From assembly GCA_963740355.1 (NCBI GenBank), contig CAVUDW010000003.1, positions 64,001-128,000 on the forward strand: a stretch of DNA of 64,000 nt, read 5' to 3'. Numbering within the stretch: position 1 is the first letter of the stretch; every line of letters starts with the position of its first letter. Under the pieces are notes generated by a model. It was not told where the DNA came from and made no database searches. It saw only the letters and a program-made list of their open reading frames with translations. Below, one piece after another: positions 1-10,342 of the stretch. A program made the translations under genes and the position numbers. Origin of the DNA: an uncultured Gemmatimonadaceae bacterium. Lineage in GTDB: Bacteria > Gemmatimonadota > Gemmatimonadetes > Gemmatimonadales > Gemmatimonadaceae.

Positions 1-1019
1 GAGTAGAGCGTCGACGCGAGCAGGATCGAGCGCACGGGGACACCGCGCTCGTCGACCTTGGCGATCCATGACGGCAGGAGTCCATCCTGCGCGACGCTGA
101 GCGGGATCCGGGAGTACGCCAGGAGCAGCGAGTTGAACATCGCGATCGCACTCAGCATGGCGAGCCCGATGAGTGCGACGGCCAGGTACGGCCCGATTGG
201 TCCCGCGACTTCGCGCGCGATGTCCGGCCAGCCCCCTTCACGCCAGGTACGCCAATCGCTGGCGGCCAACGCTGGCAGCAGCGGCACGAAATACCCCAGT
301 GCCACGAGCGGCACCGCCAACGCCAGGGCGCGTGGATAGGTGCGACCGGCGTCCTCGATTTCGCCGCAGACGGTGCTGGCGTTGTCCCAGCCGATCCAGT
401 TCCAGAGGGCGAGGCTAAGTCCCGCACCAAGCGACGACCAGCGCACCGGTTCGGGCGCACCGAGCGTCGCCCACGGCGCGTGCGTCATGTTCGGCAGCGC
501 GAAGAGCGCGAGCAGTCCGAAACAGAGCAGCACCAGCGACCCGATGATCACGGACACCTGCCCCACCGGCACGGCCCCGCGAAGGTTGAGCAGCGTCGGC
601 AGCCAGATGACGATCAGCGTCACCAGCACGACCCATCCATGCGCGAGACCCGGCATGAAGGCACTGAGATACTGCACCACGATCGCCGGGTAGAGCGACA
701 TCTCTACCAGCGAGTAGAGCCAGGTACACCAGGCATTGACGAAGCCCCAGCGATCGCCGAAGGCGCGTTGCACCCATCGGTAGTAGCCACCTTCGACCGG
801 CAGCATGCTGGCCAACTCGCCGATCAGCAGCGCTTCGGGCACAGCCCAGAAGAGCGGGATCGCGACCAGCGCCGCCAACGCCAGCACGGGGCCGACGTCG
901 GCGACGAGCGCCTCCAGCGTGAACGCACCACCAGAGACGGTGAAGTAGAGCACGAACACGAGGCCGAGCAACCGAAGACGCGGCGGCGCCCCGGCTCGCA
1001 GCGTCGGTGCCGGCGTCAC
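1..1019 (-). CDS. APC-family amino acid/polyamine permease (partial, 3' end runs off the left edge)
   Basis: Absent from the ORF track because it has no stop in the window. Manual translation from GTG at 1019 (or 1022): MTPAPTLRAGAPPRLRLLGLVFVLYFTVSGGAFTLE...ELASMLPVEGGYYRWVQRAFG. ELASMLP-x-EGG-YxW is typical of APC transporters. Starts 2-5 nt after the hmgA stop. Confidence 0.85.
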   Translation of the reverse strand, partial: MTPAPTLRAGAPPRLRLLGLVFVLYFTVSGGAFTLEALVADVGPVLALAALVAIPLFWAVPEALLIGELASMLPVEGGYYRWVQRAFGDRWGFVNAWCTWLYSLVEMSLYPAIVVQYLSAFMPGLAHGWVVLVTLIVIWLPTLLNLRGAVPVGQVSVIIGSLVLLCFGLLALFALPNMTHAPWATLGAPEPVRWSSLGAGLSLALWNWIGWDNASTVCGEIEDAGRTYPRALALAVPLVALGYFVPLLPALAASDWRTWREGGWPDIAREVAGPIGPYLAVALIGLAMLSAIAMFNSLLLAYSRIPLSVAQDGLLPSWIAKVDERGVPVRSILLASTLY

Positions 1020-1023
1020 CACG

Positions 1024-2214
1024 CTAGCGCGGCGATGCAACCATCGAGTGCTGCGCCTCGATCCAGCTGGTGTGGTACGTCGGATCCTCGATCGGAGCCG
1101 CCTGCTTCGCAATCTTGAGCGGCTTGAACGAGTCCATCATCACGGCCAGCTCCTTCGTTTCCTTCTGCCCGATACTCGCCTCGGCACGTCCCGGATGTGG
1201 GCCGTGCGGAATGCCGTCCGGGTGGTGCGTGATGGCACCGAACTCGATGCCCTTGCGACTCATGAAGTCATCCGACGCGTAGAAGATCACTTCGTCGGAA
1301 TCCACGTTGCTGTGGTTGTATGGCGCAGGAATCGCGTTCGGATCGAAGTCGTAGGGCCGCGGGCAGAAGGAACAGATCACGAATCCATCGCCCTGGAAGG
1401 TCTGGTGAACTGGCGGTGGCTGGTGCACGCGACCGACGATTGGCTCGAAGTCGTGGATGTTGAATGTCCACGGATAGAAGCAACCATCCCATCCGACGAC
1501 ATCGAAAGGGTGGTGATCGAGGATGTATTCCTGCAGCGCGTCGTACTGCTTGACGAGAATGCGGAAATCGCCCATTTCGTCGTACGTCTTCAACTCGCGC
1601 GGCACGCCGAAGTCGCGCTCCGAGTACGGGGCGCCCTCGATCATCTGCCCGAACTCGTTGCGATAGCGCTTGGGCGGACGGATGTGCCCGCGGCTTTCGT
1701 GCACCAGGAGGTTAGTGGGCCCAGCCGCGTTGTCGAGTTTCCACCGATGCATGATGCCGCGATGGATGACGACGTAGTCGCCTTCGCGATAGGGCAGGTC
1801 GCCGAACTGCGTCTCGAGCGTGCCCTGCCCCTTCGCGACGTAGACCACTTCATCGGCCTGCGCGTTGCGATAGAAGTGCGCGTCGGTCTCGTCTGGCGCG
1901 ACGTAGTACATCGCGATGTCGCTGTTGAACACCAGCGGCACGCGATCGAGTGTTGGGCTGCCACCGAGCGGGAGTCGCGACGTGAACCACTTGCGGTGCT
2001 TCAGCGTCTCGTCGGTGTCGGCTTCGAGCGCCATGTCGCGCAGCCGCCGCACACTTTTCACCGTCGTGGGCGGATGGATGTGGTAGAGCAGCGCCGATGT
2101 CCCGGTGAAGCCCTCGTGTCCCATCAGCTGCTCGGAGTAGATCCCTCCGTCAGGTCGACGATGCACGGTGTGACGCTTCTGCGGGACACGGCCGAGCGAG
2201 TGATAGTAGGGCAC
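1024..2214 (-). CDS. hmgA: Homogentisate 1,2-dioxygenase
   Basis: 396 aa; motifs GRVHQPPPVH, FCPRPYDFDP, YNHSNVDSDEV and HPDGIPHGPHPG (Fe ligands); next to hppD. Confidence 0.93.
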   Translation of the reverse strand: MPYYHSLGRVPQKRHTVHRRPDGGIYSEQLMGHEGFTGTSALLYHIHPPTTVKSVRRLRDMALEADTDETLKHRKWFTSRLPLGGSPTLDRVPLVFNSDIAMYYVAPDETDAHFYRNAQADEVVYVAKGQGTLETQFGDLPYREGDYVVIHRGIMHRWKLDNAAGPTNLLVHESRGHIRPPKRYRNEFGQMIEGAPYSERDFGVPRELKTYDEMGDFRILVKQYDALQEYILDHHPFDVVGWDGCFYPWTFNIHDFEPIVGRVHQPPPVHQTFQGDGFVICSFCPRPYDFDPNAIPAPYNHSNVDSDEVIFYASDDFMSRKGIEFGAITHHPDGIPHGPHPGRAEASIGQKETKELAVMMDSFKPLKIAKQAAPIEDPTYHTSWIEAQHSMVASPR

Positions 2215-2271
2215 GGGAACCTCTGGCTTCGAAACGGAATGGTGGTGCGGAACGGCTGCGCGCGAGTCGCG

Positions 2272-3099
2272 CTACTTCACGGCGAGGGAAAGCGTGCCAA
2301 GCCCCGGCGCACTGACTCGCACCCAGGAACCGGCGGGAAGCGGCGCGCCGCTGCCCGCTGACGGTGCGGTGGGAAAGATGGTCAGCAGATCACCGGCCCG
2401 CAGCGTGTGGCTGCGGACGGCGACCCGTGCGAGCGCGTGGAATGCTTCACGGTCCGGTGCCGCCGAGAGTTGCTTGCGTTCCGGCGTCGGGACGAGCGCG
2501 AGCGGTGGCACGAGCGTCAGGACCAGCGACTCCGGGTTGCGGCGTGGAACGGCGACGAACGGCCCCACGGCACCCGGGAGCATGGTGGCCTCACCGGTCG
2601 GCCCTGCTTGCGGCCACCCAAGCACCAGCAACGTGCCGATGAGCGCCTCGTCGAGGAGTTCATCGGTGCACTCGGCGCCCGCGTCGATCGTGGCGCCGAC
2701 GACTGCGGCCAGCCCCGCTGCTGAACCGCCGGCGTCGTCGCGGCCAAGGAGGCTGCCGGGGCCGTGAAGTGTCGTGGGATCAGCAAACCGCACGGCGCCA
2801 GCGGCGTCCAGGACAACGCTGCGCGCGAGTGGAATTGGCGCCACCAGGTGCACGGTGGAGACGGCGAACGCGGTGCGCGCGGCGCCGTGGAGGATGGCGC
2901 CAGCCGCCTGTCGAAGCATGCCAAGCTGCTCGAGTGCCTCGTAGGCATCGGCAATGCCGAGTGGCGCCAGGTCGACGATCTGCTGCGCGTCCTGGGACAA
3001 CAGCCCCACGTGGACGGCATCCCGCTCCGCCGGGATGAACGACACCAGGCGCAACGCGCTCAGCCGCGTGACGACTGGTTCAGTCGCCGTGCTGGTCAC
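2272..3099 (-). CDS. Fumarylacetoacetate-hydrolase (FAH) fold protein with degenerate active site
   Basis: 275 aa. FAH-like scaffold words: LVAPIP, LHGPG, LAAVVG, VGPFV, TLRAGDLL, C-terminal VRVSAPGLGTL. The usual E-x-E, ND, K and GT residues are not recognisable. Lies between hppD and hmgA. Confidence 0.6.
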   Translation of the reverse strand: MTSTATEPVVTRLSALRLVSFIPAERDAVHVGLLSQDAQQIVDLAPLGIADAYEALEQLGMLRQAAGAILHGAARTAFAVSTVHLVAPIPLARSVVLDAAGAVRFADPTTLHGPGSLLGRDDAGGSAAGLAAVVGATIDAGAECTDELLDEALIGTLLVLGWPQAGPTGEATMLPGAVGPFVAVPRRNPESLVLTLVPPLALVPTPERKQLSAAPDREAFHALARVAVRSHTLRAGDLLTIFPTAPSAGSGAPLPAGSWVRVSAPGLGTLSLAVK

Positions 3100-3123
3100 G
3101 CTGCGCCTCCGGTGGCCCTGCCG

Positions 3124-3147
3124 TGTTCAGGAGCATGTTCAGGAGCA
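3124..3147. repeat. Tandem 12-bp duplication TGTTCAGGAGCA x2 in the hppD/FAH-like spacer
   Basis: Read directly at 3124-3135 and 3136-3147. Confidence 0.85.
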
Positions 3148-3175
3148 TTACGGTCGCGGAATTCACCACGAGACG

Positions 3176-4345
<1,170 letters not shown>

Positions 4346-4431
4346 TCACGACCCCGCTTCGTGGTGCGGGGTTCCACCTGACAGGCGTGCGAGCCGCGAG
4401 CCCGGCGTCGCCTGCCCAACCCGCCTCGACG

Positions 4432-5805
4432 ATGCGACTGACGGTCTGGACTGCCCTGCTGCTCGCGCCAGCGCTGTCGGCGCCCCTCTGGAGTCAGACT
4501 ACTCCGCGCCCGTTCTCCACCGAACGACTGCGATTCGGCCCTGACACCTTCGACATCCGGGTCAGCGGCGGAGAGCCGCTACCGGGTGGGCTGGCCGATT
4601 TTTCGGTGCGCTCGCTTTCACGCGGCACCGGTGCCGACCGCGATGCGCTGATCGACGTCACCGTCTTCGAGCAGCGAAGCAGCGCCGCCAGTACCGCGAC
4701 ACGCACGGTCGATACGGTGGTGGTCGGTGCCGCCGACCTTCGCCTGCGGAGAATCAGCGGGGTGCTGCGAAATGCGGATGGCACCCCTGTCGTCGAGTTC
4801 AGGAGCACCCTGCGCGGCACCAGCCTCGAATGGGAGCGGCACGCCGAGCGAAACGACACCACCGCAAGCACGTCCCTCGGTACAAACGGCGCACCGTATG
4901 CGACGCCGTTCCTGCTGCTACGCGCCGCGCCACTGAGCAAGGCGTGGCGAGGCGACTTTCCGATGTATGGCGTTCGGAACGATCGCATCAGCGTCCTCGC
5001 GATCGATTCGGTGCGCGCAGCGGTGGTCTCCGCTCGACCCGTGTGGCTCGTGCACGCACATGTCGAGGGCACGACGCGACTGCTCTATACGGTGGACTCG
5101 ACGACGCGCGACATGATCAGCCTCACCATAGTGACCACGGCCTCGGCACCGGCGATTTCGTATGTGAATCGTCGGTACACGACAGGCGACGCGCCTGTGG
5201 CGACGACCGATGCGGCCGTACGCACTGTCGAACGCAGCGCGGTCGTTGGGCACTACTTCCTCGAAGGGGTGAGAGAGGTCGGCTCGGAATTGCTCCTTCG
5301 CGCGGATGGCACCTTCGAATTCATGCTGGCCTATGGCGCGCTCGACGAGTCGGGGAGTGGCACGTGGCGCGTCGAGGGCACGACCGTCGTGCTGCAAAGC
5401 GCCGGTGTCGCCCATCCGCCGTCGGTCAAATTGCGTTCAGCGACGGGCGTTGCCACGGACTCGATCCGGATCGTCGTCGTCGATACCGCCGCACGTCCCC
5501 TCAGCGGCATCGGCGTGAACGCCGCGCATCCGCGCCGCGGCCGTTCCTCCGCGCAAACCCGACAGGGCCAACACGTGGTCCACTTCGAGAAGGGCGACGC
5601 GCCGACGGAGATCAGCATCGGCGTCGACATGCTCGGCTTCATGGTGCCATTCCCGATCGGGGGAAAGCCGAAAGCACTGTACCAGTTCGTTTTCGACCAG
5701 GGCGACCTGGCCACACGACGATTCGAGCAGCAACGGCTCGACATCAGCGACGAGCAACTCGTGATGACCATGAACGGCCGCCGGCTGACCTACATTCGGC
5801 ACTGA
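4432..5805 (+). CDS. Secreted hypothetical protein with two beta-rich regions
   Basis: ATG at 4432 gives a signal-peptide-like MRLTVWTALLLAPALSAPLWSQ; 457 aa; no recognised family. Confidence 0.7.
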   Translation: MRLTVWTALLLAPALSAPLWSQTTPRPFSTERLRFGPDTFDIRVSGGEPLPGGLADFSVRSLSRGTGADRDALIDVTVFEQRSSAASTATRTVDTVVVGAADLRLRRISGVLRNADGTPVVEFRSTLRGTSLEWERHAERNDTTASTSLGTNGAPYATPFLLLRAAPLSKAWRGDFPMYGVRNDRISVLAIDSVRAAVVSARPVWLVHAHVEGTTRLLYTVDSTTRDMISLTIVTTASAPAISYVNRRYTTGDAPVATTDAAVRTVERSAVVGHYFLEGVREVGSELLLRADGTFEFMLAYGALDESGSGTWRVEGTTVVLQSAGVAHPPSVKLRSATGVATDSIRIVVVDTAARPLSGIGVNAAHPRRGRSSAQTRQGQHVVHFEKGDAPTEISIGVDMLGFMVPFPIGGKPKALYQFVFDQGDLATRRFEQQRLDISDEQLVMTMNGRRLTYIRH

Positions 5806-5854
5806 CCTGTCGCACGCCGACACCCGCCCACTCGCCACGCACCGGTCACCGATC

Positions 5855-7975
5855 ATGTCCCGTCGATCCGCTGCTACCCTCCTGTTGACGCTTCTCGCCT
5901 CCATGCCGCTTTCGTCCCAACGCACCGCGCCACCCATCGCCGCGAAGATTCCCAAGGTCGATACGATCCACGGCACGGCCGTGGTGGACGACTACGCCTG
6001 GTTCCGTGACCGCAACAATCCGGCCGTCATAACGCACCTCACCGCCGAGAACGCGTACACCGAGGCGATGTCGGCCAGCACACAACCGCTGCGTGACGCG
6101 CTCTACGCCGAACTGGTTGGCCGCATCAAGGAAACCGATCTCAGCGTCCCGACCTGGAACGCGCCATACTGGTACTACACCCGCACCGAGCAGGGACAGC
6201 CCTACCCGATCTATTGTCGGAAGCTGACCACGCTCGACGCCGCCGAAGAGATCATCTTCGACCAGAACGCGGAAGCGAAGGGGCGAAAGTTTTTCAGCCT
6301 CGGTGGATTTGAAGTCAGTCCCGATCACCATCTGCTGGCGCTGCTCGTCGATACGACCGGCTACGAAGACTTCACCCTGCGCGTGAAGGACCTCCACACC
6401 GGCAAGTTCCTGCGTGACCGGAAGGAGAAACTGGGCTTCGGGCTCGCTTGGGCGAGTGACAACCGCACCTTGTTCTACATGAGCACCGACAGCGCCAAGC
6501 GGGGCGATCGCGTGTGGCGTCACACCATCGGGACGACCGTCAGCAATGATGTGAGCGTCTTCCACGAGCCGAACGTGCTGTTCAACGTCGGTGTACAGCG
6601 ATTGCGCAGCGGGAAGTTCATCGCCATCAGCGCCGGGAGTTTCACCCAAGGAGACACTCGCGTCATCGATGCGGCCCACCCGACCCGTCCTCCCCGACTG
6701 ATTGCGGCGAGACGAGCCGACGTGGAATACGATGTCGAACATGGCAACGGCTGGTTCTGGATCGTGACCAACGACGGGGCGCCGAACTTCAAGGTGGCCC
6801 GTGTTCGCGACGACGCAGCCGATCTGTCGACGTGGGAGGATTGGCTCGCACCGCGTCCGGCGGTCTTCGTCGAAAGCATCAATGTCTTCGCCAAACACGC
6901 CGTGGTCAGCGAGCGCCGCGAGGGGCTGCGCCACCTGCGCATCACGACCCTCGCCACCGGCGAGACGAATGATGTCAGCTTTCCCGAGGCGGCGTATGGT
7001 GTGTCGCAGGCGGCCAATCCGATGTTCGAGACGACCACCCTTCGCTACAGCTATTCCTCGCTGGTGACGCCGAGCACCGTGATCGACTACGACATGTCGA
7101 CGCGCGAACGGACGGTGAAGAAGCAACAGGAAGTGCTCGGTGGTTACGACCCGACGAAATACGGGGTCGAACGGCGGATGGCGAAAGCCCGCGATGGCGT
7201 ACTGGTGCCGGTGTCGATCGTCTACCGCCTTCCGCTGGTGCGCGACGGCAAGCGGCCGCTGCTCGAGTATGCGTACGGCTCCTATGGCTCCAACACCGAA
7301 GCCACGTTCAACTCGAACCGGATCTCACTGCTGGATCGCGGGGTCATCTACGCCATCGCGCACATCCGTGGCGGGCAGGAGATGGGCCGCAGCTGGTATG
7401 ACGATGGCAAGATGATGAAGAAGAAGAACACCTTCAACGACTTCATCGATGTCGGCGAGTTTCTCGTCGCCGAGGGATACACCTCGTCGGATCGCATGCT
7501 GGCCAATGGCGGAAGTGCCGGCGGCCTGCTGATGGGCGTGGTGGCCAACATGCGTCCGGACCTGTACAAGGCGATCATTGCCGCCGTGCCGTTCGTGGAC
7601 GTGATCAACACCATGTCCGATGCCAGCATCCCCTTGACCGCGCAAGAGTGGGAGCAGTGGGGCAACCCGGCCAAGCCCGAGGAGTACGCGTACATGCGCT
7701 CGTACTCGCCGTACGAGAACGTCGAACGAAAGGCCTATCCGGCGATGCTCGTCACCAGCGGGCTGAATGACAGTCGCGTGGCGTACTGGGAGCCGACCAA
7801 GTGGGTGGCGCGCCTGCGCGAGCTCAAGACGGACACCAATCCCCTGCTCCTGCGCATGAACATGGGCGCCGGTCACGGCGGCAGCAGCGGGCGATATGAG
7901 CGGCTGAAGGAGATTGCGTTCGACTACGGCTTCATGCTCGAACAGGTGGGCCTTGCCGGTGTCGTCGTGCCGTGA
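5855..7975 (+). CDS. ptrB: Oligopeptidase B (S9A prolyl oligopeptidase family), secreted
   Basis: 706 aa; DDYAW, YGSYG, HIRGG, catalytic GGSAGG, DSRV and GAGHGG; signal peptide. Confidence 0.92.
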   Translation: MSRRSAATLLLTLLASMPLSSQRTAPPIAAKIPKVDTIHGTAVVDDYAWFRDRNNPAVITHLTAENAYTEAMSASTQPLRDALYAELVGRIKETDLSVPTWNAPYWYYTRTEQGQPYPIYCRKLTTLDAAEEIIFDQNAEAKGRKFFSLGGFEVSPDHHLLALLVDTTGYEDFTLRVKDLHTGKFLRDRKEKLGFGLAWASDNRTLFYMSTDSAKRGDRVWRHTIGTTVSNDVSVFHEPNVLFNVGVQRLRSGKFIAISAGSFTQGDTRVIDAAHPTRPPRLIAARRADVEYDVEHGNGWFWIVTNDGAPNFKVARVRDDAADLSTWEDWLAPRPAVFVESINVFAKHAVVSERREGLRHLRITTLATGETNDVSFPEAAYGVSQAANPMFETTTLRYSYSSLVTPSTVIDYDMSTRERTVKKQQEVLGGYDPTKYGVERRMAKARDGVLVPVSIVYRLPLVRDGKRPLLEYAYGSYGSNTEATFNSNRISLLDRGVIYAIAHIRGGQEMGRSWYDDGKMMKKKNTFNDFIDVGEFLVAEGYTSSDRMLANGGSAGGLLMGVVANMRPDLYKAIIAAVPFVDVINTMSDASIPLTAQEWEQWGNPAKPEEYAYMRSYSPYENVERKAYPAMLVTSGLNDSRVAYWEPTKWVARLRELKTDTNPLLLRMNMGAGHGGSSGRYERLKEIAFDYGFMLEQVGLAGVVVP

Positions 7976-7994
7976 CACGCGTGCCCCCCGGATT

Positions 7995-8033
7995 GGCGGC
8001 GGGTGCGGGAGAAAAACTCCGAGACCCGCCGCC
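7995..8033. terminator. Hairpin between convergent ptrB and acetoacetate-CoA ligase (probable bidirectional terminator)
   Basis: 10-bp stem GGCGGCGGGT/ACCCGCCGCC enclosing GGAG-AAAAA-CTCC; no clear U-tract. Confidence 0.55.
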
Positions 8034-8042
8034 GCGCGCGGC

Positions 8043-10064
8043 CTACGCGGGCGGCACGCGCAGTTCCGGTTGCGTGGCGAGAACACGGAAGAAGTCGAGT
8101 GACTCCGGATTGGCCAGTGCGTCGGTGTTGTTCACAGCCCGGCCATGAATCACGTCGCGGACCGCGAGCTCCGTGATCTTGCCACTCACGGTGCGTGGCA
8201 AGTCGGGCACCGCAACGATCACCTTCGGCACGTGATGCGGGCTGGCCTCGTTGCGAATGCGGGTTCGAATCACCTGGCGCAACGTGTCGTCGAGCACGAC
8301 GCCCTCGCGCAAACGCACGAAAAGCACGATGCGAACATCGGGCGTACCATCGGCCACCACTTCCTGCCCGATCACCAGGCTTTCCAGTACCTCGGGCACC
8401 TGTTCCACCTGACGATAGATCTCGGCTGTGCCAATTCGCACGCCACCGGGATTGAGCGTGGCATCGCTGCGGCCAAGGATCATGAGACCATGGTTGGCAG
8501 TGCGTTGCGCCCAGTCACCGTGCCGCCAGACGCCGTCGAAGAACTCGAAGTACGCTGCGCGATACTTGCGGCCATCGGGATCATTCCAGAAACCAACCGG
8601 CATGCTGGGAAATGGTCGCGTGCACACCAGTTCGCCGGGCTTGCCGATGGTCGGATTGCCATCCGCGTCCCAGACCTCGACGGCCATGCCGAGGCCCAGA
8701 CACTGCAACTCTCCGCGAAACACGGGGAGTGTCGGTGCGCCGAGCGCGAAGCAGGAGATCAGATCGGTGCCACCACTGATGCTGCTCAGTCGCACTCTTG
8801 GTGACACGGCCTCCGCAACCCAGTCGTACGAGTGCTCGGCCAACGGACTGCCTGTGCTGTAGATCACTTCCAGCGATTGCAGGTCGAACCGACTGGCGGG
8901 CTCGTGACCAATCTTCTCCGCCATCGCGAGATACTTGGCGCTCGTGCCGAAGTGCGTGAGTTTCTCCTCCGCCGCCAGCCGCCAGAGGATGTTGGTCTCA
9001 CCCGGTGGAATCGGTGAGCCGTCGTAGAGCACCACGGTGCTGCCAACCGCCAGAGCGCTGACCAACCAGTTCCACATCATCCAACCGCAGGTCGTGTAGT
9101 AGAAGATCCTGCTGTCGCGTCGCAGGTCGCCGTGCAACACGTGTTCCTTGAAGTGTTGCAACAGCGTACCGCCGTGGCCATGGACGAGGCACTTCGGCAG
9201 CCCAGTGGTACCCGACGAATACATGATGAAGAGCGGGTGGTCGAATGCCACGCGGGTGACGGGCAATACGTCCTCCGGCTCATCGCGACCGAGGTCGCGC
9301 CATGCAATTGCATTGTCGATGCCGCGCAGTGACGGCTCGGCCTTGATGCAGGGTACGACGACCAGGTGTTGAACCGACGGCAGTTCGGCACAGAGTGCGC
9401 GGGCACGGTCCAGCGTCTCGATTGCGCGACCACCATAGCGGTAGCCATCGGTGGTAAAGAGCACCGTGGGCTCCACCTGCCCGAACCGATCGAGGACACC
9501 CTTGTGCCCGAAATCCGGTGAACAAGACGTCCACACTGCGCCAAGGACGGCCGTCGCGATCATCGCGATCACGGTCTCCGCGACGTTCGGCATGAAGGCG
9601 GCTACGCGATCGCCCTTCTTCACACCGATCGCCTTCAACCCCTGCGAGACTCGGGAGACCTCGGCGTAGAGCTCGGCATAGGTCCAGTTCCTGGTCCACC
9701 CGCGCTCGGTCCACGCCACGAGGGCGATTCGGTCGTCGCGGTGCTTGACGAGGTGTTCGCCGTAGTTGAGCCGCGCGTTCGGAAACCAGCGGGGGCCGGT
9801 CTCGGTGCCGGGCGGTTCCATGCGGTCCAGCGCCACACCAGCGGGCGACGACGGGTCGCCGCCGTCAATGGCCGAGGCCGATACGTCGCAGACGCGCCAC
9901 AGTTCGCGCCAGAAGGTGGCGCGCTCGCGCACCGACCAGGTGTGCAGGTGCGTGTAGTCGTCGCCCACCGAGGCGGCGCCGTGCGCGGCGCGCATCAGGT
10001 GGTGGAATCGCGCCAGCTGACTGTGCGCGGCGTGCCGCGGCTCCGGGGTCCAGACGGCCGTCAC
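8043..10064 (-). CDS. Acetoacetate--CoA ligase
   Basis: 673 aa; AMP-binding YSSGTTGLPKC, YYTTCGWMMWNW, SISGGTD, GRSDATLNPGGVRIGTAE. Confidence 0.92.
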   Translation of the reverse strand: MTAVWTPEPRHAAHSQLARFHHLMRAAHGAASVGDDYTHLHTWSVRERATFWRELWRVCDVSASAIDGGDPSSPAGVALDRMEPPGTETGPRWFPNARLNYGEHLVKHRDDRIALVAWTERGWTRNWTYAELYAEVSRVSQGLKAIGVKKGDRVAAFMPNVAETVIAMIATAVLGAVWTSCSPDFGHKGVLDRFGQVEPTVLFTTDGYRYGGRAIETLDRARALCAELPSVQHLVVVPCIKAEPSLRGIDNAIAWRDLGRDEPEDVLPVTRVAFDHPLFIMYSSGTTGLPKCLVHGHGGTLLQHFKEHVLHGDLRRDSRIFYYTTCGWMMWNWLVSALAVGSTVVLYDGSPIPPGETNILWRLAAEEKLTHFGTSAKYLAMAEKIGHEPASRFDLQSLEVIYSTGSPLAEHSYDWVAEAVSPRVRLSSISGGTDLISCFALGAPTLPVFRGELQCLGLGMAVEVWDADGNPTIGKPGELVCTRPFPSMPVGFWNDPDGRKYRAAYFEFFDGVWRHGDWAQRTANHGLMILGRSDATLNPGGVRIGTAEIYRQVEQVPEVLESLVIGQEVVADGTPDVRIVLFVRLREGVVLDDTLRQVIRTRIRNEASPHHVPKVIVAVPDLPRTVSGKITELAVRDVIHGRAVNNTDALANPESLDFFRVLATQPELRVPPA

Positions 10065-10167
10065 GGTGCCACCGAATGTGCGCCGACGCCACAGTCAGGG
10101 GAGCCAGACGACCTCTTCCATACCAATCCGAGGGTTGTGACTCGGGACAGTGTGGGATTCATACCGC

Positions 10168-10269
10168 ACTCATCCATTCAGATGAGTACGATCCAATAAT
10201 CGTATGTCGCTGTGTTGCAACCATTTAACCACCCAATGGATGAGCTTGAACTTTTGTTACGCCCAATGG
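10168..10269. promoter_or_regulatory. AT-enriched divergent intergenic region with clustered inverted repeats
   Basis: ACTCATC-N6-GATGAGT (10168-10187); TACGAT-N6-ATCGTA (10187-10204); GTTGCAAC (10214-10221); CTCATCCATT/AATGGATGAG (10169-10178 and 10235-10244). Confidence 0.5.
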
Positions 10270-10342
10270 TCGGGCTCGTCAATACCGCGTTGAGAGGCAC
10301 CCCTGCGCCACCGCGCGAAGACGCGCCCTGCGGCAAGGTTTC

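Noticed and set aside
1048..2361. Long antisense or alternate-frame ORFs (e.g. 1048-2361 +, 5846-7126 -, 16772-18529 +, 34718-36526 -, 61292-62602 +)
   Set aside because: They overlap well-supported genes, lack motifs and are Arg/His/Val-biased; such shadow ORFs are expected in high-GC DNA.
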